This document shows positions 14,288-23,267 of a DNA stretch of 32,000 nt, one piece after another (within the stretch, counting starts at the first letter, position 1; each line of letters begins with the position of its first letter). This stretch comes from Geotalea daltonii FRC-32. GTDB lineage: Bacteria > Desulfobacterota > Desulfuromonadia > Geobacterales > Geobacteraceae. Under the pieces are notes generated by a model, which did no database searches, was not told the origin of the DNA, and worked only from the letters and a program-made list of their open reading frames with translations. A program made the translations under genes and the position numbers. Location of the stretch: positions 1,590,001 through 1,622,000 of the forward strand of contig NC_011979.1 of NCBI RefSeq assembly GCF_000022265.1. The letters are read 5' to 3'.

Positions 14288-15061
14288 ATGGGCATTATGA
14301 AGAATTGTATTATTTTGGGATCAGGAAGAAGTGGCACAAGTATGGTTGCCGGTACTTTGGCGAAATCAGGCTACTTTATGGGGGATAACCTTTATCCAGC
14401 CCGAGAAAGCAATCCTAAGGGGTTTTTCGAAGACCCATTTATAAATGGTATAAACGAGGAAATTTTAGAAAGGATGTGCTTTGGCGCCGTAGAGAGCATC
14501 AAAAGGAAATTAAGCGGTATACGATTGACAGATGGGCAGAGATGGCTAGAGAAGATACCACTGGATGCTAGACTTCCTTCGTCTATGGCACTAACAGAGA
14601 AAATACTAACGGCTGTAAATAAGGCACCTTTCTGCTATAAAGATCCGCGGTTTAGCTATACCCTACCGATTTGGCGTCCTTACTTACAAAACACGGTCTT
14701 CATTTGCGTATTTCGAGAACCTACTGTCACAGCACAAAGCATTATCAAAGAGTGCAGCGCGATGGAATATTTAAAGTCAGTTAAAATGAGTTTTAAGTAC
14801 GCCTTGGAAATTTGGTTCCATATTTACAACCACATACTTACGACTCATATTCATGAGGGAGAGTGGCTGTTTCTGCATTATGATCAGGTGCTGAGTTTTG
14901 ATGGAGCTTCGAGAATAGAGGCGATTGCAGAATCGGCCACAGACAAATCGTTTCCAGAAGAACAATTTAAACGTTCTTCTTCAACTTTAGAATGCCCAAG
15001 TAAACATCGAAAAATGTATGCCCAGTTGTGTGAATTAGCAAGATATCAGCCATCTTATTAG
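14288..15061 (+). CDS. PAPS-dependent sulfotransferase family protein
   Basis: ILGSGRSGTSMVAG (5-prime-PSB loop) and VFREPTVTAQSIIKE (3-prime-PB). The ATG directly abuts the upstream TGA. Confidence 0.8.
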   Translation: MGIMKNCIILGSGRSGTSMVAGTLAKSGYFMGDNLYPARESNPKGFFEDPFINGINEEILERMCFGAVESIKRKLSGIRLTDGQRWLEKIPLDARLPSSMALTEKILTAVNKAPFCYKDPRFSYTLPIWRPYLQNTVFICVFREPTVTAQSIIKECSAMEYLKSVKMSFKYALEIWFHIYNHILTTHIHEGEWLFLHYDQVLSFDGASRIEAIAESATDKSFPEEQFKRSSSTLECPSKHRKMYAQLCELARYQPSY

Positions 15062-15085
15062 GTACATGGTCATGGCAGGAGGATT

Positions 15086-16123
15086 ATGGATGGTGTAAGC
15101 CTGGTAATTTGTTGCCACAATAGCTCTAAGAAACTTGAAGAGACCTTGAAGCATGTGAGCCGGCAAAAATTCTCCAGTGAGGTTCCCTGGGAATTGATTA
15201 TTGTTGATAATGCATCCACTGATTTAACTTCTGAGATGGCAACTGCTATAACTCAAGGTGCGACGTATAACTGTAGGATAGTCACTGAGGGAAAAGTAGG
15301 TCTTAAGAATGCAAGACTGAAAGGAATAGTTGAGTCTAAATACGATTTAATAAGCTTTATTGATGATGATAATTGGATTTGTGAATCATGGATTGAAAAT
15401 GTACACAACATAATGTCTAATCGTCCTGAGATTGGTGCCTGTGGTGGAATAGGATTACCCAAATTTGAAACTTCTCCACCTGATTGGTTCGAGCTTCAGC
15501 AAGGTAGTTATGCTGTTGGCCTACAAGCTGAATCTACCGGTTATATACCTGATTCGAGAGGGTACCTATGGGGTGCCGGATTAACTATCAGGAGGTCAGC
15601 TATGGATGAAATTATACAGAACGGATTTTGTTTTTCCCTAACAGGGCGTCATGGCGCAAGCATTTCCTCGGGAGAGGATACGGAGTTGTGTTTAGCATTG
15701 AGGTGCCTTGGTTGGCGTCTTTGGTATGATGAAAGCCTTTCCTATTATCATTATCTTCCTTCCAGCCGACTCAGTTGGTCTTACCTGAAAAGGTTGCAAT
15801 TCAGTTTTGGTGCATCTAGTGTTGTGTTGAATGCCTATAATGAATGCCTGCTGTATAACCCTGAAACCATCCAAAATCATAAAAAGCTGTGGATTGCAGA
15901 CTCTATGGCATTGACAAAGTCTTTCTTTGCTAGAGACGGACACCTTTTTTCTTTTATCTGCGCCAAAGAAGGTTCGTCAGATGCATTATTTGGATACTAT
16001 AGATTGGGCAGGCTTTTACAAATTATAAGCTTACGTCATAAATATGATGAACTCAAAAATAGCATTTTTGCTTTCTGGCAGAGAGCAAGCTCAATAAGAA
16101 CTTATAGAACCGGGTCAGGTTAA
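15086..16123 (+). CDS. GT2 glycosyltransferase
   Basis: AGGAGG RBS. VSLVICCHNSSKKLEETLKHVSRQ...ELIIVDNASTD...ISFIDDDN. Confidence 0.85.
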   Translation: MDGVSLVICCHNSSKKLEETLKHVSRQKFSSEVPWELIIVDNASTDLTSEMATAITQGATYNCRIVTEGKVGLKNARLKGIVESKYDLISFIDDDNWICESWIENVHNIMSNRPEIGACGGIGLPKFETSPPDWFELQQGSYAVGLQAESTGYIPDSRGYLWGAGLTIRRSAMDEIIQNGFCFSLTGRHGASISSGEDTELCLALRCLGWRLWYDESLSYYHYLPSSRLSWSYLKRLQFSFGASSVVLNAYNECLLYNPETIQNHKKLWIADSMALTKSFFARDGHLFSFICAKEGSSDALFGYYRLGRLLQIISLRHKYDELKNSIFAFWQRASSIRTYRTGSG

Positions 16124-16234
16124 TGTAGGAATACGATGACATTGTACTCGTAGTCTCAGTTTAGCTTTTAGTGCATCCAACCATATAACTGCAGCTGCAA
16201 TCGGCGTTAAGAAATAATATCGAAAGGATCGGGA

Positions 16235-17224
16235 ATGGCTATCAATTTGATAGTCCAATACTATAGGTGTTTGGACGATGTAAGACAGCAGGAAATCGAT
16301 TCCTGTCTACAAAATAATCTATTAAATGAATATCTAGATGCAATCCATCTACTGACAGAGATCCTTTATGATTTTCAAAACTTCAAGAACAGTGAAAAAA
16401 TTGTCCAGTCTGTAGTCGGTAAAAGACTGTCATACAAAAAAGCTTTTGAATATGCAACGTCACTCGGTGGGGACCATATCTGGATACTAGCTAATGCCGA
16501 CATCTATTTCGATGACAATTTGAAATATCTGAATGGATTTCCCTGCAATGTGGTTTATTCCTTGACTCGACACGAAGTGCAGCCTGATGGCTCGGTGAAA
16601 TTCATGGATGAGCAGTATGCTCATGCAAGTCAGGATGCTTGGATATTCAGCAGCCAGTTGGACTTTACGGGTATGTACACAGAGTTTAATCTAGGTGTAC
16701 CAGGTTGCGATAACAGGATCGCATACGAGTTTTTACGCACAGGCCACACCGTAGTAAATCCTTCAAGGATCGTTAAATGTTTCCACCTGGATTTAACAAA
16801 AGAGATAGACATCGAAAAAAGGACTGCCGCCTACATCACTCTCCACACGAATGAGAATATTCTCGATGGTAAGGTCGCCCCACCCCCTTATCAGTTTTTC
16901 ATATATCCAACTGATCATCTTGGGGTGGAACAGATTGATGTATATAAGGATATGCAAAAGAAATTAATCGACCTCACCCATGCATACCAGGATTTAGACC
17001 GATATACTGCTCACAATGCTGAATTGGAAAGTAGAGTTGTCAATCTCAATCGAGAATTGGAAGAATGTCGCGAAATGATTTTAGAGCGAAACAATCAGAT
17101 AGCCGAGAGGGATAACCAAATAGCGCGAAAGGATGCCCAAATAGCGGAAATATTAAACTCTGTAACATGGAAAATGATGACACCTTTACGAAAATGCCTC
17201 GATTTCATTAAAAGACATCACTAG
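16235..17224 (+). CDS. Protein with an unassigned transferase-like N-domain and a C-terminal coiled coil ending in a W-K/R-x-x-T/A-P-L/I-R motif
   Basis: N-domain QDAWIFSS...LGVPGCDNRIAYEF...VVNPS...FHLD. C-terminus ELESRVVNLNRELEECREMILERNNQIAERDNQIARKDAQIAEILNSVTWKMMTPLRK (heptad-like). Confidence 0.6.
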   Translation: MAINLIVQYYRCLDDVRQQEIDSCLQNNLLNEYLDAIHLLTEILYDFQNFKNSEKIVQSVVGKRLSYKKAFEYATSLGGDHIWILANADIYFDDNLKYLNGFPCNVVYSLTRHEVQPDGSVKFMDEQYAHASQDAWIFSSQLDFTGMYTEFNLGVPGCDNRIAYEFLRTGHTVVNPSRIVKCFHLDLTKEIDIEKRTAAYITLHTNENILDGKVAPPPYQFFIYPTDHLGVEQIDVYKDMQKKLIDLTHAYQDLDRYTAHNAELESRVVNLNRELEECREMILERNNQIAERDNQIARKDAQIAEILNSVTWKMMTPLRKCLDFIKRHH

Positions 17225-17251
17225 TCTATACAAAGAACGGACTTTCTAGCC

Positions 17252-18160
17252 ATGCATACGAATTCCGAGTGTTTTTATCCCAAAGTATCAATAATAATTC
17301 CGGTGTACAATGGGTCAAATTACCTAAATCAATCTATTGACAGTGCATTGGCACAAACTTATCAAAACATTGAGGTGATTGTCATAAATGATGGTTCAAC
17401 AGACGATCTGGCTACAGAGAATATAGCTAAGTCGTATGGTGACCGCATCCGGTATTTTTGCAAAAACAATGGTGGAGTCGGCTCGGCGCTGAATTTCGGC
17501 TTAGATAAAATGACAGGTAAATACTTTTCCTGGCTTAGCCATGATGATATTTACCAGCCGAACAAAATCGAGAGGCAGATAGAACTTCTACGTAAACAAA
17601 CTAATCCTGAAGGTGTCATCGTTTTTTCTGACTGGGAGAATATTGATGAGAATTCCTCGTCGATTGGGTGCAGAATCATTGACCAAGCAGAGATTGCGAG
17701 CAGCATTTATGTTGTCATGAACTGCACGGTAAATGGATGCACTTTGCTCATTCCTAAGAAATGTTTTGATGAGACTGCCTCATTTGATGAGAACCTCCCA
17801 ACAACACAGGATTACGATCTGTGGTTTAAAATGGCCCGAAAGTACCAATTTTTACATCTTCCCGAGTCATTAGTCCGTTACAGAATACATTCTCAACAAG
17901 ATTCTTACAAGCATCCAGAACATGTGAAAGAACAGAATATTTTGCATACCAATTTCATATCTAGATTGACTGTGGACGAGATTTTGAATTTAGAAAATTC
18001 ATTGCCAGTTTTTTATATAAAAAGAGCTATTTTTTATAAGTATAAATTCCCGGTGGCCGAGGAACATGCCTTTAATTTATTTAAATGTACAGTCTCTCAA
18101 ATAAATCTCTTTCAAATCTTGCAATGTTTACGGTTGTATATTAAGTATAAATCTCTTTAG
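17252..18160 (+). CDS. GT2 glycosyltransferase (paralog of 19077..20039)
   Basis: VSIIIPVYNGSNYLNQSIDSALAQTY.NIEVIVINDGSTDD...SWLSHDD...TTQDYDLWF. Confidence 0.85.
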   Translation: MHTNSECFYPKVSIIIPVYNGSNYLNQSIDSALAQTYQNIEVIVINDGSTDDLATENIAKSYGDRIRYFCKNNGGVGSALNFGLDKMTGKYFSWLSHDDIYQPNKIERQIELLRKQTNPEGVIVFSDWENIDENSSSIGCRIIDQAEIASSIYVVMNCTVNGCTLLIPKKCFDETASFDENLPTTQDYDLWFKMARKYQFLHLPESLVRYRIHSQQDSYKHPEHVKEQNILHTNFISRLTVDEILNLENSLPVFYIKRAIFYKYKFPVAEEHAFNLFKCTVSQINLFQILQCLRLYIKYKSL

Positions 18161-18196
18161 TCTGTTGTTGCATATTAATAATTAGGTGAAGTTCCA

Positions 18197-19042
18197 ATGG
18201 TTAAAGTCAGCGTAATAATACCAACATACAACCGTTCTGAGCTTTTAAAGTGTGCGATAACAAGTGTACTTGACCAGGCCTATGACAACTATGAATTACT
18301 AATTATTGACGACGGGTCAACTGATGACACCAAAAGTATTGTCAATGGCTTCGGTTCACCTAAAATCAGGTATATTTACCAGAGTAACAGTGGTCGATCT
18401 TCGGCACGGAATTACGGAATTAAGCTTTCCAAAGGTGAGTATGTTTCATTTCTAGATTCCGATGATATTTTTTTACCTAACAAGTTAAGTTTGCAGGTTC
18501 AGGCACTTGATGAAAATCCAAACTGCGGGTTGGTATATGCATATGCCAAAAATGTCGATGAAAATGGTAGATTTTTGGATTTTCACTTTGATGGTAATCT
18601 ATCAGGTAAAATTTACCCCGAAATGTTGTATATAAAGAATAACTATATAACTACTCCGACTGTCATGGTTCGCGCTAAAGTATTAGCTCAGATTGGAGGC
18701 TTCAATGAATCCATGCATATGTGCGAAGATCTTGATCTTTGGCGTAGAATTGCTCGAAAGTATGAGGTTAAACAAATTTGTCAATCTTTGGCACATGTTA
18801 GAATAAGGACAACTGAGAAAATGAACATTTTGGAGTATATGAGAGGACGGAAACAATATTACGTCAAAGCAATGATAGATGACCATAATCTCAAAGCAAT
18901 AGCACCTGCCTTATTCGTTGAAATGTATCGAGTCTACTTAAATTGTGCAAAATACCAGAAACAGTATTTCGTGTTATTATACATACTATTCCAATATTTG
19001 TTGTTTAGGGCTTTCAACATGGGCATAAAAAATCGTTGTTGA
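18197..19042 (+). CDS. GT2 glycosyltransferase
   Basis: VSVIIPTYNRSELLKCAITSVLDQAYDNYELLIIDDGSTDDT...VSFLDSDD...CEDLDLWRR. Confidence 0.85.
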   Translation: MVKVSVIIPTYNRSELLKCAITSVLDQAYDNYELLIIDDGSTDDTKSIVNGFGSPKIRYIYQSNSGRSSARNYGIKLSKGEYVSFLDSDDIFLPNKLSLQVQALDENPNCGLVYAYAKNVDENGRFLDFHFDGNLSGKIYPEMLYIKNNYITTPTVMVRAKVLAQIGGFNESMHMCEDLDLWRRIARKYEVKQICQSLAHVRIRTTEKMNILEYMRGRKQYYVKAMIDDHNLKAIAPALFVEMYRVYLNCAKYQKQYFVLLYILFQYLLFRAFNMGIKNRC

Positions 19043-19076
19043 CACTATAACTCTGATCAAAATTAGGCACTATTAA

Positions 19077-20039
19077 ATGACTCCTTTAGTTTCGATCATA
19101 ATACCTGTCTACAATGGCTCAAACTATCTAAAACAAGCAATTGATAGTGCCCTGAACCAAACCTACAAATATATTGAAATATTGGTGATAAATGACGGCT
19201 CTAACGATGGTGGCCTGACTGAGGAAATAGCCAGATCTTATGGTGATAAGATCAGGTATCATTGTAAGCCAAACGGTGGGGTAGCCACAGCACTCAACAC
19301 TGGTATCAACCTGGCTGCCGGTGACTACATCTCCTGGTTGAGCCATGATGATCTTTATCTGCCCCACAAAATAGAGAGGCAAATCTCCACCATTGCATCA
19401 ATTGGCGGTTCAGATGTTATTTCTTACTCTAACTATGAAACAATAGATGCAAAGAACAATGTCCTCCGTACAGTCAGATTGGAGACATCTGAAATTTACG
19501 ACTGCAAACTCGCTTTCCTCTTGCAGTTGTTTATTTCTTCTATCCATGGTTGTTCATTGCTGATACCAAGAAAATGCTTTACTGAGGTTGGTTATTTCAA
19601 AGAATCTCTGAGAACGACACAAGATTATGACCTGTGGTTCAGATTGTTGCAAAAAGGATTTGCTTTTACCCATTTGCCAGAAATTCTTATTCAATCGCGC
19701 TTTCATAATGAGCAGGGGACCCATTCCTTGTATGCCGTCCATCTCAAAGAGGCGGAGCAGTTGTATCTGCGAGCGGTTAATACCTTCTATGACGATTTCG
19801 AAAAATTGCCAATAAAGAAGATTGTGGACCTGGTCATTGACCTGAGGGAAAGAAAGCTGAAGCAAACGGCCAATCATGTTTTAAAGTCGATCAAACAGCG
19901 CAACATGAGACTTTACATGCAAATGTACGGCGAATATTACAAACCTTTGATCGCAAGCTGGCTGATGTTCCATGTATCGAGACTGACTCAATTGGCCAAA
20001 GTTATACTCAGCATCTTGAAAAGAAAGGGGAGGGCGTGA
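19077..20039 (+). CDS. GT2 glycosyltransferase (paralog of 17252..18160)
   Basis: VSIIIPVYNGSNYLKQAIDSALNQTYKYIEILVINDGSNDG...SWLSHDD...TTQDYDLWF. Roughly half of the positions over the first ~230 aa are identical to 17252..18160 by eye. Confidence 0.85.
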   Translation: MTPLVSIIIPVYNGSNYLKQAIDSALNQTYKYIEILVINDGSNDGGLTEEIARSYGDKIRYHCKPNGGVATALNTGINLAAGDYISWLSHDDLYLPHKIERQISTIASIGGSDVISYSNYETIDAKNNVLRTVRLETSEIYDCKLAFLLQLFISSIHGCSLLIPRKCFTEVGYFKESLRTTQDYDLWFRLLQKGFAFTHLPEILIQSRFHNEQGTHSLYAVHLKEAEQLYLRAVNTFYDDFEKLPIKKIVDLVIDLRERKLKQTANHVLKSIKQRNMRLYMQMYGEYYKPLIASWLMFHVSRLTQLAKVILSILKRKGRA

Positions 20040-20920
20040 AACAATCAGTTTTGATTCTCGGTGCCACCGGCATGCTCGGTCATACGCTACTTGAGCAATT
20101 AGCCGCACGAAAGGACCTGGAAGTCACCGCTACAGTCCGCTGTCAGGGCTCTGTTGAGGGGATAACGACAAAATTGCTAGAAAAGATTGTCGGTAATCTG
20201 GATGCCGATAATCCGGATTCTGTTTTGAAAACATTGGCCCAGGTAAAGCCTGACGTGGTCATTAACTGTATCGGCATCATAAAACAATTGCCTTCAGCCA
20301 AAGATCCCATAACCGCCATTACCATCAATTCGTTGTTTCCCCATCGGCTTGCCCAGGCTTGCAAAGCCGCCGGCAGCAGGCTCATACATATCAGTACCGA
20401 CTGCGTCTTTTCCGGCAGCAAGGGAAACTACACTGAAAGCGACGTGGCCGATGCAACAGACCTTTACGGCAGGACCAAGTTTCTCGGTGAGGTGGATTAT
20501 CCACACTGCGTGACCCTGCGCACTTCCATCATCGGCCACGAACTGAAAGGCTGCTACAGCCTCATCGACTGGTTTTTGGCCCAGGAGGGGGAAGTAAACG
20601 GCTATACTGAAGCCATTTACACCGGCTTTCCGACGGTGGAAATGGCGCGGATCATTGCTGACTATGTCATCCCCAATCCACAGTTGAATGGGCTTTACCA
20701 GGTCTCATCCGAACCTATCTCAAAATACGAATTGTTGCAGCTGGTGGCAAAGCAGTACAATAAGGACATTCAAATCAGACCATTTCATGATTTTCACTGC
20801 GATCGCTCACTTGATTCGAGCCGGTTCAGGAATATTACCGGCTATACACCCCCTTCCTGGTCTGAAATGGTAGCTGCCATGTGGATGGACTGGGCTCGTC
20901 ACGCCGGCATTGGCGGTTAA
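20036..20920 (+). CDS. RmlD-like NAD(P)H-dependent 4-keto-6-deoxy sugar reductase (SDR)
   Basis: GTG overlaps the upstream TGA. ILGATGMLGHTL (Rossmann), HISTDCVFSG, YGRTKFLGE (YxxxK). At 294 aa it has RmlD/WbvR-like size and lacks the Cap5F cupin tail. Confidence 0.8.
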   Translation: MKQSVLILGATGMLGHTLLEQLAARKDLEVTATVRCQGSVEGITTKLLEKIVGNLDADNPDSVLKTLAQVKPDVVINCIGIIKQLPSAKDPITAITINSLFPHRLAQACKAAGSRLIHISTDCVFSGSKGNYTESDVADATDLYGRTKFLGEVDYPHCVTLRTSIIGHELKGCYSLIDWFLAQEGEVNGYTEAIYTGFPTVEMARIIADYVIPNPQLNGLYQVSSEPISKYELLQLVAKQYNKDIQIRPFHDFHCDRSLDSSRFRNITGYTPPSWSEMVAAMWMDWARHAGIGG

Positions 20921-20944
20921 AGATCGGTAAAAAGGAGTTCGAAG

Positions 20945-21955
20945 ATGTTTAAGAACAAAGTCCTCTTGATTACGGGCGGTACAGGATCTTTTGGAAATGC
21001 GGTCCTCCAAAGGTTCCTGAACACGGACATCGGCGAGATTCGTATCTTCAGCAGAGATGAGAAAAAGCAGGAAGATATGCGTATTGCCCTTAACAGTGCC
21101 AAGGTTAAATTCTACATCGGCGATGTGAGGAACCTGGACAGTATCGACTCTGCCATGAAAGGCGTCGATTTTGTATTTCATGCTGCAGCGTTGAAGCAGG
21201 TACCTTCATGCGAATTCTATCCCATGGAAGCGGTGCGAACAAACATACTCGGTGCCGAAAACGTTCTGAATGCAGCAATTGCCAACAAAGTGCGCAAACT
21301 GGTCGTACTGAGTACCGATAAGGCTGTGTATCCCATCAATGCCATGGGACTTTCCAAGGCTATGATGGAAAAGCTCATGGTGGCGAAATCCCGGTCAACG
21401 GACGTCACCGGCACAGTTTTCTGCGCCACCCGTTATGGCAACGTCATGGCTTCCCGTGGTTCGGTGATTCCCCTGTTTGTCAAACAGATCAAAGAAGGGA
21501 AGCCGCTGACAATAACCGATCCCAGCATGACCCGATTCCTCATGTCTTTGGAGGATTCTGTCGATCTGGTGCTCTATGCTTACATGCATGCTGTTTCTGG
21601 AGATATTTTCATTCAGAAAGCTCCTGCATCCACGATCATGGATCTTGCTGTCGCCCTCAAAGAAATCTTCAATGCCGATAACGAGATCAAGATCATCGGC
21701 ACTCGACATGGTGAAAAACTTTACGAGTCCTTGGTAAATCGGGAAGAAATGGCGCGAGCGGTTGATTTGGGTGGATTTTACAGGATACCGGCCGATTCCA
21801 GGGATCTCAATTACAACAAATATTTCGTTGAAGGCGAAGTCAGTATCTCCCAAAAGGAGGACTACACCTCCCACAATACTCGACGGCTCGATGTCCAAGA
21901 GGTAAAAGAGCTCATGCTGAAGCTTGACTACATCAAAGGAGAACTCCATGCTTAA
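20945..21955 (+). CDS. UDP-N-acetylglucosamine 4,6-dehydratase/5-epimerase (FnlA/CapE/WbvB family)
   Basis: MFKNKVLLITGGTGSFGNAVLQRFL...IRIFSRDEKKQ...FHAAALKQVPSCEF...YGNVMASRGSVIPLF...MTRFLMSLEDSV is near-colinear with S. aureus Cap5E as I recall it. Confidence 0.9.
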   Translation: MFKNKVLLITGGTGSFGNAVLQRFLNTDIGEIRIFSRDEKKQEDMRIALNSAKVKFYIGDVRNLDSIDSAMKGVDFVFHAAALKQVPSCEFYPMEAVRTNILGAENVLNAAIANKVRKLVVLSTDKAVYPINAMGLSKAMMEKLMVAKSRSTDVTGTVFCATRYGNVMASRGSVIPLFVKQIKEGKPLTITDPSMTRFLMSLEDSVDLVLYAYMHAVSGDIFIQKAPASTIMDLAVALKEIFNADNEIKIIGTRHGEKLYESLVNREEMARAVDLGGFYRIPADSRDLNYNKYFVEGEVSISQKEDYTSHNTRRLDVQEVKELMLKLDYIKGELHA

Positions 21956-23081
21956 AGTACTCACCCTGGTGGGGACCAGGCCGGAGATTGTCAAGCTCTC
22001 ACGTGTCATTGCCGAACTGGATAGACACTTGGATCACATACTGGTGCATACCGGGCAAAACTACGACTATGAACTGAATGAAATATTCTTTCAGCAGTTG
22101 GAGGTGCGCAGACCCGATTTTTTTCTCGATGCTGCTGCAGAGACTACCGCACAAACCATCGGCAACATAATTTCAAAGTTTGACGAGCTGTTGGTCAGAG
22201 AAAAACCTGAGGCCATGCTGGTTTTGGGAGATACCAACTCCAGCCTTGCAGTTATTGCGGCAAAAAGGCGGAAAATACCTATTTTTCATATGGAGGCAGG
22301 GAATCGCTGCTTTGATCAGCGCGTGCCGGAGGAGATCAACCGCAAAATCGTCGACCACACCAGTGATATTAATCTCGTGTTCTCCGAGCATGCGCGGCGG
22401 TATCTATTAGCCGAAGGAGTACGTCCTGAAACCGTTATAAAAACAGGGTCACCGATGCAGGAAGTTTTAACTTACTATCAATCAAAAATTGATGCCTCGA
22501 ACATTTTGTCCCAACTGGAATTGAGTCCTTCGGCATATGTGGTGGTTAGTGCCCACCGAGAAGAGAATGTGGACAGTGAAGAAAACTTTACCGATCTTCT
22601 GGAATCACTGAATTCGATTGCCGGCCGTTACTCGATGCCGGTCATTGTTTCCACCCACCCTAGGACCAGGAAGCGGCTTGAAGCCTTGGACATATCAGGG
22701 CACGATCCGAGAATACGTTTCCTGAAACCTCTCGGTTTCCTGGATTATGTAAACCTCCAGAAAAACGCCTTCTGCGTCATCTCAGACAGTGGTACCATTA
22801 CCGAAGAATCGTCTATCCTAGGATTCCCGGCGATAACCATCCGCCAAGCCCATGAGCGACCGGAAGGGATGGATGAAACGACCTTGATAATGAGCGGTCT
22901 GAAAGCGGAAAATGTCCTTGCCTCCATTGATGTTGCCGCTGCTCACTATGCAGGTGTTAAACGACCTTTTAAGGTCCTCCCCGACTATGATACTGAGAAT
23001 GTTTCCAGAAAAGTTCTGCGGATAATCATGAGTTACACCGAGTACGTCAACAGGACGGTCTGGTTTAAAAATCACGCCTAA
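21948..23081 (+). CDS. Non-hydrolysing UDP-N-acetylhexosamine 2-epimerase (FnlC/Cap5G/WbvD family)
   Basis: MLKVLTLVGTRPEIVKLSRVI...HTGQNYDYELN...GDTNS...HMEAGNRCFDQRVPEEINRKIVDH. ATG 21948 has AGGAG upstream and overlaps the upstream stop (ATGCTTAA). Confidence 0.9.
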   Translation: MLKVLTLVGTRPEIVKLSRVIAELDRHLDHILVHTGQNYDYELNEIFFQQLEVRRPDFFLDAAAETTAQTIGNIISKFDELLVREKPEAMLVLGDTNSSLAVIAAKRRKIPIFHMEAGNRCFDQRVPEEINRKIVDHTSDINLVFSEHARRYLLAEGVRPETVIKTGSPMQEVLTYYQSKIDASNILSQLELSPSAYVVVSAHREENVDSEENFTDLLESLNSIAGRYSMPVIVSTHPRTRKRLEALDISGHDPRIRFLKPLGFLDYVNLQKNAFCVISDSGTITEESSILGFPAITIRQAHERPEGMDETTLIMSGLKAENVLASIDVAAAHYAGVKRPFKVLPDYDTENVSRKVLRIIMSYTEYVNRTVWFKNHA

Positions 23082-23096
23082 GCATAATGGCTGCTT

Positions 23097-23153
23097 AAAA
23101 ACTATTGCGCGCCGATCTGCTGCGTTACTGCTCGCTCAACACCTCAACGTACA
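23097..23153. repeat. Truncated second copy of the 8087-8227 element (left arm only)
   Basis: AAAAACTATT..CTGCTGCGTT..GCTCGCTC..TCAACGTACA blocks are colinear with 8097-8154 (one indel). No matching right terminal repeat follows. Confidence 0.6.
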
Positions 23154-23267
23154 AATTTCCGATGAATACGGTAATCCAATTTGGACCACATCGATAAAAG
23201 CCAATTGGCTGAAACAGAAAAATTATCTGCCGATAATACCCTTTGCAACGAAGGGGGTGATCCGGCA

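Noticed and set aside
21395-22009. 204-aa minus-strand ORF antisense to the FnlA/CapE-like gene
   Set aside because: The plus strand has near-colinear similarity to a well-known enzyme family, and the antisense product has no recognisable motif.
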